From positions 7,392 to 71,391 of the forward strand of contig JAYPYG010000001.1 in assembly GCA_038280095.1 (NCBI GenBank): a stretch of DNA of 64,000 nt. Reading direction: 5' to 3'. The position numbers and the translations under genes are program-made. The number at the start of each line of letters is the position of its first letter. The stretch's first letter is position 1. This document shows, piece after piece, positions 33,922 to 41,552 of this stretch. The notes beneath the pieces are model-generated. The model searched no databases. It had not been told where the DNA came from and saw nothing but the letters and a program-made list of their open reading frames with translations. Source of the DNA: Fidelibacterota bacterium. Lineage in GTDB: Bacteria; Fidelibacterota; Marinisomatia; Marinisomatales; Marinisomataceae.

Positions 33922-34664
33922 TGAGCAACACAAAAAAGACAAAGATAGCGCTACTTCAATGCGGGTTTATCAGAGACATGAGTCACATGTCTAGAATGAG
34001 GAGTTTCATCCATAACAATAGCGAATTCGAAATAGATGTTTACTTGCAGACATATAATATAATAGGGGTTGATGAAAAATTCGTAAGGAACAGAGGGGGA
34101 TACTTGAGTTCCGACAGGACAGACATAGAAGAAATAAACAGAATCTGCCCCATAAAAAACTTTCAAATCTTAGACCCGATTGCGACAGAAAAGAAGGCGA
34201 AAGCAAGAAATCCAACCCTCATTAACGCTATTTGCCAATTCCAAAATGTATTTGACGCGATGCAAATGATAGACACCAAGCAATACGATGGAGTTATTAG
34301 GTCAAGGCCCGATTACTTCATTAAACATATGCGTCTCAAAAATTATGATGTAGAAAAAATATTAACATCAAATTTACTTTTAGCTAAACTTAAATCTGGA
34401 AAAATTCTTAAAAAAGCGGAGGGTCACTTAAAGCAAAGATGTCTTAATTTCCTTCTCTACGACGGGTTCGCACTTGGAGGTGTAAGAAATATGGAAAAAT
34501 ACTGCGACTTTATTAATCAAGAGGTTTTTTCTCTCAAAAGGAATGGTATTTTTGCAGAGTTAGAATTAACAAATTATATAAGCAATAACCTAAAGCTAGA
34601 CGTTTGCAACATCAACGACAAAGACCTCCTAGAGCCCTGCATATGGAGAAAGCTACAAGGTTAA
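33918..34664 (+). CDS. hypothetical protein (248 aa), paralog-family member
   Basis: Shares an N-terminal strand (KIALLQCGFIRD) and QYDGVIRSRPDY with 9967-10800. Confidence 0.4.
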   Translation: MMSNTKKTKIALLQCGFIRDMSHMSRMRSFIHNNSEFEIDVYLQTYNIIGVDEKFVRNRGGYLSSDRTDIEEINRICPIKNFQILDPIATEKKAKARNPTLINAICQFQNVFDAMQMIDTKQYDGVIRSRPDYFIKHMRLKNYDVEKILTSNLLLAKLKSGKILKKAEGHLKQRCLNFLLYDGFALGGVRNMEKYCDFINQEVFSLKRNGIFAELELTNYISNNLKLDVCNINDKDLLEPCIWRKLQG

Positions 34665-34791
34665 AACAGACCATTAATCAAAAAAAAATTAGAGCGTTTG
34701 AAGCCTCAAAAATGCGGGGGCTAGGCACACCAGAAGACTTAAATCACTACTTAGTAAATCACAAAAGCATCAACAAATAAATCATAACAAC

Positions 34792-35334
34792 ATGATAAAC
34801 GTAGATAGAAAATTCATCTTACTCTTGCCACAAAAAACTGGCTCAACGTCAATCACACACCTAATGAAAGAGCAGGGCGTCAAAGACGAAATGGGTTCAA
34901 AACATCACACGTTAGGAGAATGTATTAAAAACTGGAAAGATGAATGGGGAGATATTGACGAATATCTTATCGCTTCAACCTTGCGAAATTGCTACGACAA
35001 AGTCGCATCGACATGGGAATCAAAAAAAGGCAAAATAATAGCGAAAAGTTTTACCAACTACTGCCTTAAAACCCACAAGCCATCCCTAGCTTCAAAAATC
35101 GTTTTTTTTGGCCAATACTCACCCCAAGCATACATTAATTTCGAAACACTGCAAGACGACTTTCGAGCATTTTGCAACATGGTTGACATTAAAAAAAGTG
35201 ACATTCCCAAAAAGAATATGGCAAAAAACCGAGAGCACTACTCCAAATATTATTCAAATGAATCAAAGAAATGTGTTGAAAAAATGTACAAAGATGATAT
35301 ACTCATTTTCAACTTTAAATTCGAAAACCAATGA
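34792..35334 (+). CDS. sulfotransferase-like protein
   Basis: 180 aa. FILLLPQKTGSTSITHLM matches the P-x-K-T-G-S-T PAPS-binding loop. Confidence 0.45.
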   Translation: MINVDRKFILLLPQKTGSTSITHLMKEQGVKDEMGSKHHTLGECIKNWKDEWGDIDEYLIASTLRNCYDKVASTWESKKGKIIAKSFTNYCLKTHKPSLASKIVFFGQYSPQAYINFETLQDDFRAFCNMVDIKKSDIPKKNMAKNREHYSKYYSNESKKCVEKMYKDDILIFNFKFENQ

Positions 35335-35882
35335 GATTACCAAAACACCTAGGCGGCCACTTAAATAAAACGCACATAGACAATGGCGCACTACATTATC
35401 TTAAAGACAAGCTTTTAATCAAAAGCATGTTGGACGTGGGCTGTGGGCCAGGAGGAATGGTTTACAGAGCAAGAGAAATAGGGATAGATTCCTTTGGAAT
35501 AGATGGGGATTTTACCACCATACCGAAGGACTCATTTTTTTCTGTTCACGATTATCAAGACGGCCCCTCTGATTTAAGGGAAGCAACATTTGACTTGGTT
35601 TGGAGTTGCGAATTTGTAGAGCACGTTTTCGAAGAGTATATCCCCAATTATGTGGCTGATTTTCTCAGAGGGAAGTATTTGCTAATGACACATAGCGAGT
35701 CACCTAACGGCTATCATCACGTCAACATCAAAAACGAAGGGTATTGGATTGATAAAATGAAGTCTTTTGGTTTCGAGCTTGACGAACAAAGAACTAAAGA
35801 GGTCAGAGCCGCCTCAACAATGAAAAAAAAGTTTGTGCAAAAAACAGGGTTGCTTTTTAAAAACGCAAATAGGGACACATGA
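35331..35882 (+). CDS. class I SAM-dependent methyltransferase
   Basis: 183 aa. Motif I MLDVGCGPGGMV, followed by an acidic strand (FGIDGD) and DLVWSCEFVEHV. Confidence 0.75.
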   Translation: MRLPKHLGGHLNKTHIDNGALHYLKDKLLIKSMLDVGCGPGGMVYRAREIGIDSFGIDGDFTTIPKDSFFSVHDYQDGPSDLREATFDLVWSCEFVEHVFEEYIPNYVADFLRGKYLLMTHSESPNGYHHVNIKNEGYWIDKMKSFGFELDEQRTKEVRAASTMKKKFVQKTGLLFKNANRDT

Positions 35883-36322
35883 ACAGAATCGCCGAACTCA
35901 CCGCTATCCAAGCGCACCAAAATCGACAGTCTTTTATTCTTGTGGTTTGCGAAAAGCCGAGCGAAATCTGCGAAAGAGTATCTGACCTTTTAACCAGATT
36001 AGGCTTACCAAGACAAAAAGGCAAGACAAACATTTATGGCGGCGAAGGAATAAGAAACCTATACATTGAATTCGTCACAAAAGAAAATCTTGAACAAAGT
36101 ATTCGTGGAGTTCGCCCTGCTAGAGTTCTACTCGAAGGCTCTTCCCAAGACTATACTAAAGACTTGATAGACCTTACTATACCTGCTTTAATTGCAGGGG
36201 AGCAGAGTGAATCAGACCTTCGAATTTTAATTAACCAACTCAAACTCCCGCATGACGCAAGCTGGATTAATGACACAGAGCGACCACACAATAAACTATT
36301 TTTTTCAGACATAAGGGCATAA
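35879..36322 (+). CDS. hypothetical protein (147 aa)
   Basis: ORF with an ATGA overlap to the methyltransferase gene. Confidence 0.4.
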   Translation: MNRIAELTAIQAHQNRQSFILVVCEKPSEICERVSDLLTRLGLPRQKGKTNIYGGEGIRNLYIEFVTKENLEQSIRGVRPARVLLEGSSQDYTKDLIDLTIPALIAGEQSESDLRILINQLKLPHDASWINDTERPHNKLFFSDIRA

Positions 36323-36366
36323 ATGGCAGAATAAGTTATTATTAGAGGGCTTCGTCAATTAATTTA

Positions 36367-36395
36367 TTGACAGTGTTGAGAAAATCGTGTACTAT
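36367..36395 (+). promoter_or_regulatory. consensus sigma70-type promoter of the tmRNA gene (TTGACA-17-TACTAT)
   Basis: -35 at 36367-36372 and -10 at 36390-36395. The mature tmRNA 5' end (36421) is 26 nt downstream, which implies RNase P-type 5' processing. Confidence 0.65.
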
Positions 36396-36420
36396 ACACA
36401 CAGTTCTTTTATATTTAAAC

Positions 36421-36819
36421 GGGGGTGTTATGGATTCGACTTAATACCTGACGACATTTACCGCAAGTCGGAGAGTGCTTGGCTCCGTTATCAAGGCACA
36501 CACGCACAAATGGCAAAACCAAAAGTGTTAAGAAGTTCAACTTCCGCAGCCGCGTCATTGGCGCTCGCCGCGTAAGCCGCAGCTTCGCTCTGGCAGCTTA
36601 AGCTGTCACCTCTCAGCGATTGACGCAGATAGAGCGTTCGAGGGGTCATCCATCTGCAAAGGTAGAAAAAGTTTTTTCGTGGCACAAACTATCTTAAACA
36701 AATAAATGAAACGAAAAGCTAGGAGTCTATACCAAAGCTCAAAATAAGAATAGACTAAACTTGTAGAAGTAATTGATTGATGATTTAAGGACGTGGCTTC
36801 GATGCCACCACCTCCACCA
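36421..36819 (+). ncRNA. ssrA: tmRNA (transfer-messenger RNA, one-piece)
   Basis: - 5' GGGGGTGTTATGGATTCGAC and 3' GGACGTGGCTTCGATGCCACCACCTCCACCA are the hallmark tRNA-like ends.
- The 7-bp acceptor stem GGGGGTG/CACCTCC has a G3:U pair (the Ala identity element), and CCA is encoded.
- The internal tag frame GCA AAA CCA ... GCG TAA (36513-36575) encodes AKPKVLRSSTSAAASLALAA*.
- As I read it, the T-loop is TTCGAT (6 nt), one nt shorter than canonical. Confidence 0.9.
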
Positions 36820-36826
36820 TTTTTTA

Positions 36827-36854
36827 TTGCCAACTCCACCAAATTGTATATAAT
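36827..36854 (+). promoter_or_regulatory. sigma70-type promoter (TTGCCA-16-TATAAT), leaderless geometry
   Basis: -35 at 36827-36832 and -10 at 36849-36854. ATG 36861 is 6 nt after the -10. Confidence 0.5.
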
Positions 36855-36860
36855 ATATCC

Positions 36861-36953
36861 ATGATACTAGATGAAAAGAAAATCAACGGAAGAAAAAATA
36901 TTCTGCTAAGATGCGCCCACTCTGGCGAAAAGTTCTTTGACCAAATAACATGA
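36861..36953 (+). CDS. short ORF (30 aa) translationally coupled to the HNH gene
   Basis: Encodes MILDEKKINGRKNILLRCAHSGEKFFDQIT. Its stop overlaps the HNH start (ATGA at 36950-36953). It is too short for the supplied ORF track. Confidence 0.25.
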   Translation: MILDEKKINGRKNILLRCAHSGEKFFDQIT

Positions 36954-37483
36954 AAGAAGTCTGGAAAGACATTCCTAAATCTAACAGAGACCATCAGGTG
37001 TCTAACCTTGGAAGGGTAAGGTCACTCAAGTTCTCAAAGGAAAGAGTCATGAAGCAATGCGTGCGAAGAAGCTATCCTTCAATTACGCTCTGGCTCAATA
37101 GAAAGCGCAAGCATTTTTTTGTGCACAGGCTTGTGGCAGAAGCATTTATTAAAAACCCCGACAACAAACCCCAAGTAAATCACAAAGACTCGAACAAGAC
37201 AAACAACCATGTGTCAAACCTAGAATGGGTGACGCCTTCAGAAAACATACTTCATCATTACAATTCAAGCAAAGGCAAAAATCGCATTATAGGGATTACG
37301 GGAGAAGGCAACCACGCGTTTAAAGGACATATAGAAGCATACAAAGATGGAGTAAAAATAGAAACCTTTTGCGGGGAAAGGGATATGAAAAAAAAAGGCT
37401 TCGATTCGTCTACAGTTTACGCTTGTGTCAACGGAAAACATAAAACACACAAAGGCTGCACGTTCAAACGAGTCTCAAAATAA
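36950..37483 (+). CDS. HNH homing endonuclease (NUMOD4 + HNH_3)
   Basis: 177 aa. WKDIP...HQVSNLGRVRS is NUMOD4-like. VHRLVAEAFIKNPDNKPQVNHKDSNKTNNHVSNLEWVTPSEN is the HNH_3 signature. Confidence 0.85.
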   Translation: MKEVWKDIPKSNRDHQVSNLGRVRSLKFSKERVMKQCVRRSYPSITLWLNRKRKHFFVHRLVAEAFIKNPDNKPQVNHKDSNKTNNHVSNLEWVTPSENILHHYNSSKGKNRIIGITGEGNHAFKGHIEAYKDGVKIETFCGERDMKKKGFDSSTVYACVNGKHKTHKGCTFKRVSK

Positions 37484-37558
37484 CACACAACCTCCAGAAC
37501 AAAATGAACAGACGCAAACTAATTAAATCCGCCGCAATCGCGTGATTATTAAAAGAGT

Positions 37559-37870
37559 CTAACGTCTCGCCAAAATACTCAACCTCCCGATAACAAAATC
37601 GAGGTTTCCGTAAGAAATGCGCGGAACCGTTATGTTGCCTTTATCCTCTCGAATACTAACGCCCTCAATAGTTTTTGGCGGGACAATGTCTTTTATAAAA
37701 TCCCACGCATGTCTCTGCTTCAACCAAGTCCAATAAATATCTTGGAGGCTAGGGTCGCATTCAAGCAGTACACTTCTCCCAAGCAGAACATTCGCGTAGA
37801 GGGTAACATCCCTAAAGCACACGACTTCACTGGGAGGCTCACAAAGCGTACAATTAATCAAGACAGGCAT
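37559..37870 (-). CDS. hypothetical protein (103 aa), isolated minus-strand gene
   Basis: The only credible minus-strand ORF between 3498 and 41549. Contains CTLCEPP near the N-terminus. No family assigned. Confidence 0.4.
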   Translation of the reverse strand: MPVLINCTLCEPPSEVVCFRDVTLYANVLLGRSVLLECDPSLQDIYWTWLKQRHAWDFIKDIVPPKTIEGVSIREDKGNITVPRISYGNLDFVIGRLSILARR

Positions 37871-37877
37871 TTCTCTA

Positions 37878-37907
37878 TTGACAAGGGTTCACCTCTTAGT
37901 ATATAAT
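37878..37907 (+). promoter_or_regulatory. sigma70-type promoter (TTGACA-18-TATAAT)
   Basis: -35 at 37878-37883 and -10 at 37902-37907, inside an AT-rich divergent region and 125 nt upstream of ATG 38032. Confidence 0.45.
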
Positions 37908-38031
37908 ACACGAAATTTAAAAAACTTAAAATAAAAATATCAATTTCAGCAAAATACACCATTGAAATGATAGAGAAATTTACGAAAAGACATACGACTG
38001 TATCGACCAATAACAAAACAAAAAACCACTA

Positions 38032-38658
38032 ATGACAAAATACTTAAAAATCCCGAAAGATAAGGTGGATAAGCTTTATTTTTCATCAGACTTTCACGGA
38101 TACCACTCGGCAATCTGTGAAGGGACAACTCGGTGGGAAAGATTCAAAGGTGACACAGTTCGACCATTTCCCGACCCAGAAACCATGACTGCCAAATTAA
38201 TTGACAATGTCAACAAAGTAGTCCCAGAAGACGGAATTCTATTCCATCTCGGAGACTGGTGCTGGGGAGGTTCAGAGAATGCGCGGAAGCTCAGAAACGC
38301 CCTCCACGTTAGAACAATTTATGCAGTCCAAGGAAATCATGATGATTTTTCTTGGGAGTTTGCAAACGAATTATTTGACGCATATCACTCAATGTACGAG
38401 CTGACGGTCAAGGGGCCAAAAGTACGCAGAGTCACACTTTGCCACTATGCGATGAGGGCTTGGAACTGCTCACATTACGGAGCATATCATTTATTTGGGC
38501 ATACTCACGCCATGACTCCACCATTAGGCAAATCAATGGATGTGGGCATCGACGCAAATAAAAACTTTCGCCCATTTTCGTGGCAAGAAATTGAAAACAT
38601 TTTATCAAATCGCGAAGCACACGATACAATCACAAAAGGAACAAGATACATATATTAA
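38032..38658 (+). CDS. calcineurin-like metallophosphoesterase
   Basis: 208 aa. Motifs SSDFHGYH (D-x-H), HLGDW (G-D), QGNHD (G-N-H-D/E) and FGHTH (G-H-x-H). Confidence 0.8.
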   Translation: MTKYLKIPKDKVDKLYFSSDFHGYHSAICEGTTRWERFKGDTVRPFPDPETMTAKLIDNVNKVVPEDGILFHLGDWCWGGSENARKLRNALHVRTIYAVQGNHDDFSWEFANELFDAYHSMYELTVKGPKVRRVTLCHYAMRAWNCSHYGAYHLFGHTHAMTPPLGKSMDVGIDANKNFRPFSWQEIENILSNREAHDTITKGTRYIY

Positions 38659-39015
38659 ATGAATTCAGTAAAAATCAACAAAAAAGAATTACTCCAAATT
38701 GTTCGCAATAACCGCGAAGAATCCGCCAAAGAATACTCCGAAGCAAATCAAGAATACGAAAGACTCATGATTGAAAATCTCGGAGAAGCGATTAACGAAA
38801 TCAAAACAAACGGCAGAATCAAAGATGCGGATATTTATCTCGTCCCTCCAATTGACAGTAGTAGTTGCTACGACAAAATCATTAAAATGCTTGAAATAAG
38901 CGTTGATGATGTGATAGAATTAACCCACGAACAATTTTCAGAATACGTCTTGGACAACTTACCTTGGAGAAGGTACGCCAAGACAACAAACCAGAAATAC
39001 ATATCAAGACCATAA
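38659..39015 (+). CDS. hypothetical protein (118 aa)
   Basis: ORF starting directly after the upstream stop. Confidence 0.45.
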   Translation: MNSVKINKKELLQIVRNNREESAKEYSEANQEYERLMIENLGEAINEIKTNGRIKDADIYLVPPIDSSSCYDKIIKMLEISVDDVIELTHEQFSEYVLDNLPWRRYAKTTNQKYISRP

Positions 39016-39084
39016 AATGTTTTTATCAGAATTAGCGTTTAATAAACACCAACTCTGGCTCAAGCCATCAATGGAACAAAGATA

Positions 39085-39501
39085 ATGTATAAACTTCGAG
39101 AAAAGGCTACAGGAATGTACTACTCCGACCCAGTTAGCGCTGGAAATGGAAAAGAAACTAACTTTTCTTGGGTGGGTAACTCCTTTTCCACAAAAAAGGA
39201 AGCTCGAACAAAGTGGCTCCAAATAATTCAAAACGGCATCTCCCGACCGAATGGCGATAGATACATGCCATCAGAGCACGAGTTTGAAATAGAAGACCTG
39301 TCCCCAAAGGCTAAACCGCCAGAAGGGAGCATTATTCTAACCGACGAAGAAAAAACCTTAATCAAGCAGCTTTGTAAAATGCAAATCAAAATGCTAGAAA
39401 ACTTAATTCACGACGAAAGAGCGTTATGTACGACTCCAGATGTAGGCTCACTCGAACAACAAATCTGTAAAACAAGGGAACTTTGCAAAAAACTAAAATG
39501 A
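39085..39501 (+). CDS. hypothetical protein (138 aa)
   Basis: ORF in the + strand array. No motif recognised. Confidence 0.45.
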   Translation: MYKLREKATGMYYSDPVSAGNGKETNFSWVGNSFSTKKEARTKWLQIIQNGISRPNGDRYMPSEHEFEIEDLSPKAKPPEGSIILTDEEKTLIKQLCKMQIKMLENLIHDERALCTTPDVGSLEQQICKTRELCKKLK

Positions 39502-39530
39502 AATCAACAAATAAAATGCAACAAGTCAGC

Positions 39531-39559
39531 TTGACATTTTCTCTATAATATAGTAACAT
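39531..39559 (+). promoter_or_regulatory. sigma70-type promoter (TTGACA-17-TAACAT), leaderless geometry
   Basis: -35 at 39531-39536 and -10 at 39554-39559. ATG 39567 is 7 nt after the -10. Confidence 0.55.
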
Positions 39560-39566
39560 TCTCTCC

Positions 39567-40673
39567 ATGAAACCAAAGGAAAGAATGAAAATAGATTTTG
39601 CAGACTACGACTTGTCAGAGTTTCGTGTTCGTGACGTAGTATTTTGTGGCAAAGAAGCGTTACTTATTAACCCAAACCACATTGGCACAAAATTCAATCA
39701 ACGGAACAAAATTTTTCGTTCGTCGATTTGGTCAAAAGATGGCGAATTGCTGTCGGCAGGCTTTCCGAAGTTCAAAAATTGGGGCGAAGACCCAATCGAC
39801 TTCCCAAAGCCAAAGAAGAATAAAATCCATGAAGCAATTTTCACAGTAAAGGCTGACGGCTCTCTGCTTATTTTAGACCGAGTCAACGGACAAGTAAATA
39901 TTCGCTCTCGCGGCGCAGCAGAAGCTTCGGTTTTAGACAATGGCGAAGACTGGCAACTTATTCTCGAAAAGTACCCAAGCGTTTTAGAGTTTACTCTAGC
40001 GAACCCAGAAATGTCACTCCTCTTCGAGATTGTGACGCCAAACAATAAAATTGTTTTAAACTACGGTGAAGAGATTGATTTCTATTTTATCGGTGCAATT
40101 GACAAATCAGACTATTCTTTAGCCACACAACGTCAATTAGACGTTTGGGCCGAGAAGTTAAACCTCAAGCGCCCAGGTTACAACACATTCAAGAATGTGG
40201 ATGAAATCATGGAGTTTGTGGAAAACAATAAAGACTCAGAAGGCTTTGTTATCTATCACGACGGCGACAGAATGACAAAAATCAAGACAGACTGGTATCG
40301 AAAGATTCACTCACTCAAGAGCGAGCTTAGCTCCTTTGAGAAAGTTCTTGACTTTTATCTGGTCAACGGCATGAAAGGTTACGAAGAAACCCTCCAAGAG
40401 GTCACGGACACAATCGACTTTGAGGTATCGCAACAAGTTGCTCCAATGGTCTCGAAAATCTGTGACGCCATGAAACAGGTTCGCATGTTCGAAGCTCACG
40501 CCCGAAAATTCGTTGCAGACCAACCATTAACACGCTCAAAGAAAGACATTGTTCTGGAAATCTTTGAAAAATGGGGTCAAACAAATCGCGCCCACATGGT
40601 AATCTCATTACTTGATGGCAAAGAATTAACTACAAAAGATTATAAAAAACTCTTATTTCAAAAATCTAAATAA
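39567..40673 (+). CDS. RNA ligase, T4 Rnl1-like
   Basis: 368 aa (T4 Rnl1 is 374 aa). Nucleotidyltransferase motif I FTVKADGSLL (K-x-D-G-S-L), motif IIIa SLLFEIV, motifs IV/V EGFVIYHDGDRMTKIKTDWY. Confidence 0.7.
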   Translation: MKPKERMKIDFADYDLSEFRVRDVVFCGKEALLINPNHIGTKFNQRNKIFRSSIWSKDGELLSAGFPKFKNWGEDPIDFPKPKKNKIHEAIFTVKADGSLLILDRVNGQVNIRSRGAAEASVLDNGEDWQLILEKYPSVLEFTLANPEMSLLFEIVTPNNKIVLNYGEEIDFYFIGAIDKSDYSLATQRQLDVWAEKLNLKRPGYNTFKNVDEIMEFVENNKDSEGFVIYHDGDRMTKIKTDWYRKIHSLKSELSSFEKVLDFYLVNGMKGYEETLQEVTDTIDFEVSQQVAPMVSKICDAMKQVRMFEAHARKFVADQPLTRSKKDIVLEIFEKWGQTNRAHMVISLLDGKELTTKDYKKLLFQKSK

Positions 40674-41552
40674 ATGAGTAAAACAGACGCAGAATACAAA
40701 AGAATATACCGCCAAATCATGAAGGAGGGGGCTTGGAAAGATAATCGCACAGGAGTAAGAACAATCGCCACGACAGGGCTAACATTTACTCACTTTATGG
40801 AAGATGGATTTCCCGCACTTACCACAAAGAAACTTTTTTACAAAGCAGTGAAAGTAGAGCTTGAAGGGTTCATCAAAGGAATTACTTCAAAGAAGTGGTT
40901 TCAAGACAGGGGTTGTCGAATTTGGAATGAGTGGTGCAATCCACAAAAAGTTCCCTACTCCACCGACCCAGAGGTTCAAAAACAAATGGCTGCGGAAGAT
41001 GACCTTGGCCCATGTATTTACGGAGCGGCTTGGAGGAATTTTCACGACCCAAATGCTTGCTATCCAGATGCCAAGAACTACGGAATCGACCAATTAAAGG
41101 GAATTGTTGACGCATTAAAAACAAATCCAAATGATAGGCGCATGATTTGCATGGCTTGGAATCCAGCTGGACTAAAACACGCAGCGTTGCCGCCGTGCCA
41201 CTTTGGGTTTCAGGTAGTTGTCGTTGGTGATAGGCTCGACTTAATATGGAGCCAGAGAAGCGCGGACTTCTTTCTTGGTGTGCCATTCAACATTGCGAGT
41301 TATGCAACACTACTTCACCTTCTGTCCCTTGAGTCAGGCTTCAAGGCTGGGAAGCTTACAGGTAATTTCGGAGACATCCATATCTACGAAAACCACATGG
41401 ACGCTCTGGACGAACAAAACTCGCGAAGTATGTTTGCAGCGCCAAGAATCAACACAGAAGATTTCACCTCAATTTTTAATTGGGAAGCTGGACAAACAAA
41501 GCTAGTGGATTATAATTCGCACTCAGCCATAAAGGGGACGGTGGCAGTTTAA
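40674..41552 (+). CDS. thyA: thymidylate synthase (ThyA type)
   Basis: 292 aa. DNRTGVRT, IWNEW, catalytic ALPPCHFGFQV, QRSADFFLGVPFNIASY, GDIHIYENH, and a TS-like C-terminus IKGTVAV. Confidence 0.9.
   Translation: MSKTDAEYKRIYRQIMKEGAWKDNRTGVRTIATTGLTFTHFMEDGFPALTTKKLFYKAVKVELEGFIKGITSKKWFQDRGCRIWNEWCNPQKVPYSTDPEVQKQMAAEDDLGPCIYGAAWRNFHDPNACYPDAKNYGIDQLKGIVDALKTNPNDRRMICMAWNPAGLKHAALPPCHFGFQVVVVGDRLDLIWSQRSADFFLGVPFNIASYATLLHLLSLESGFKAGKLTGNFGDIHIYENHMDALDEQNSRSMFAAPRINTEDFTSIFNWEAGQTKLVDYNSHSAIKGTVAV

Noticed and set aside
36387-36842. Track ORFs 36387-36575 (+), 36491-36685 (-) and 36606-36842 (-)
   Set aside because: They lie inside the tmRNA gene. The + ORF merely contains the tag reading frame (…AKPKVLRSSTSAAASLALAA), and the others are antisense artefacts.
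40674-41552. Possibility that the ThyA homolog is a dUMP/dCMP hydroxymethylase feeding DNA hypermodification
   Set aside because: The residues I could check match thymidylate synthase: IWNEW (W80/W83 equivalents), PCH catalytic Cys, PFNIASY with Asn (dUMP-specific), and a TS-type C-terminus IKGTVAV. Only the ELLWF-to-ELEGF change differs. That is not enough to claim a hydroxymethylase.
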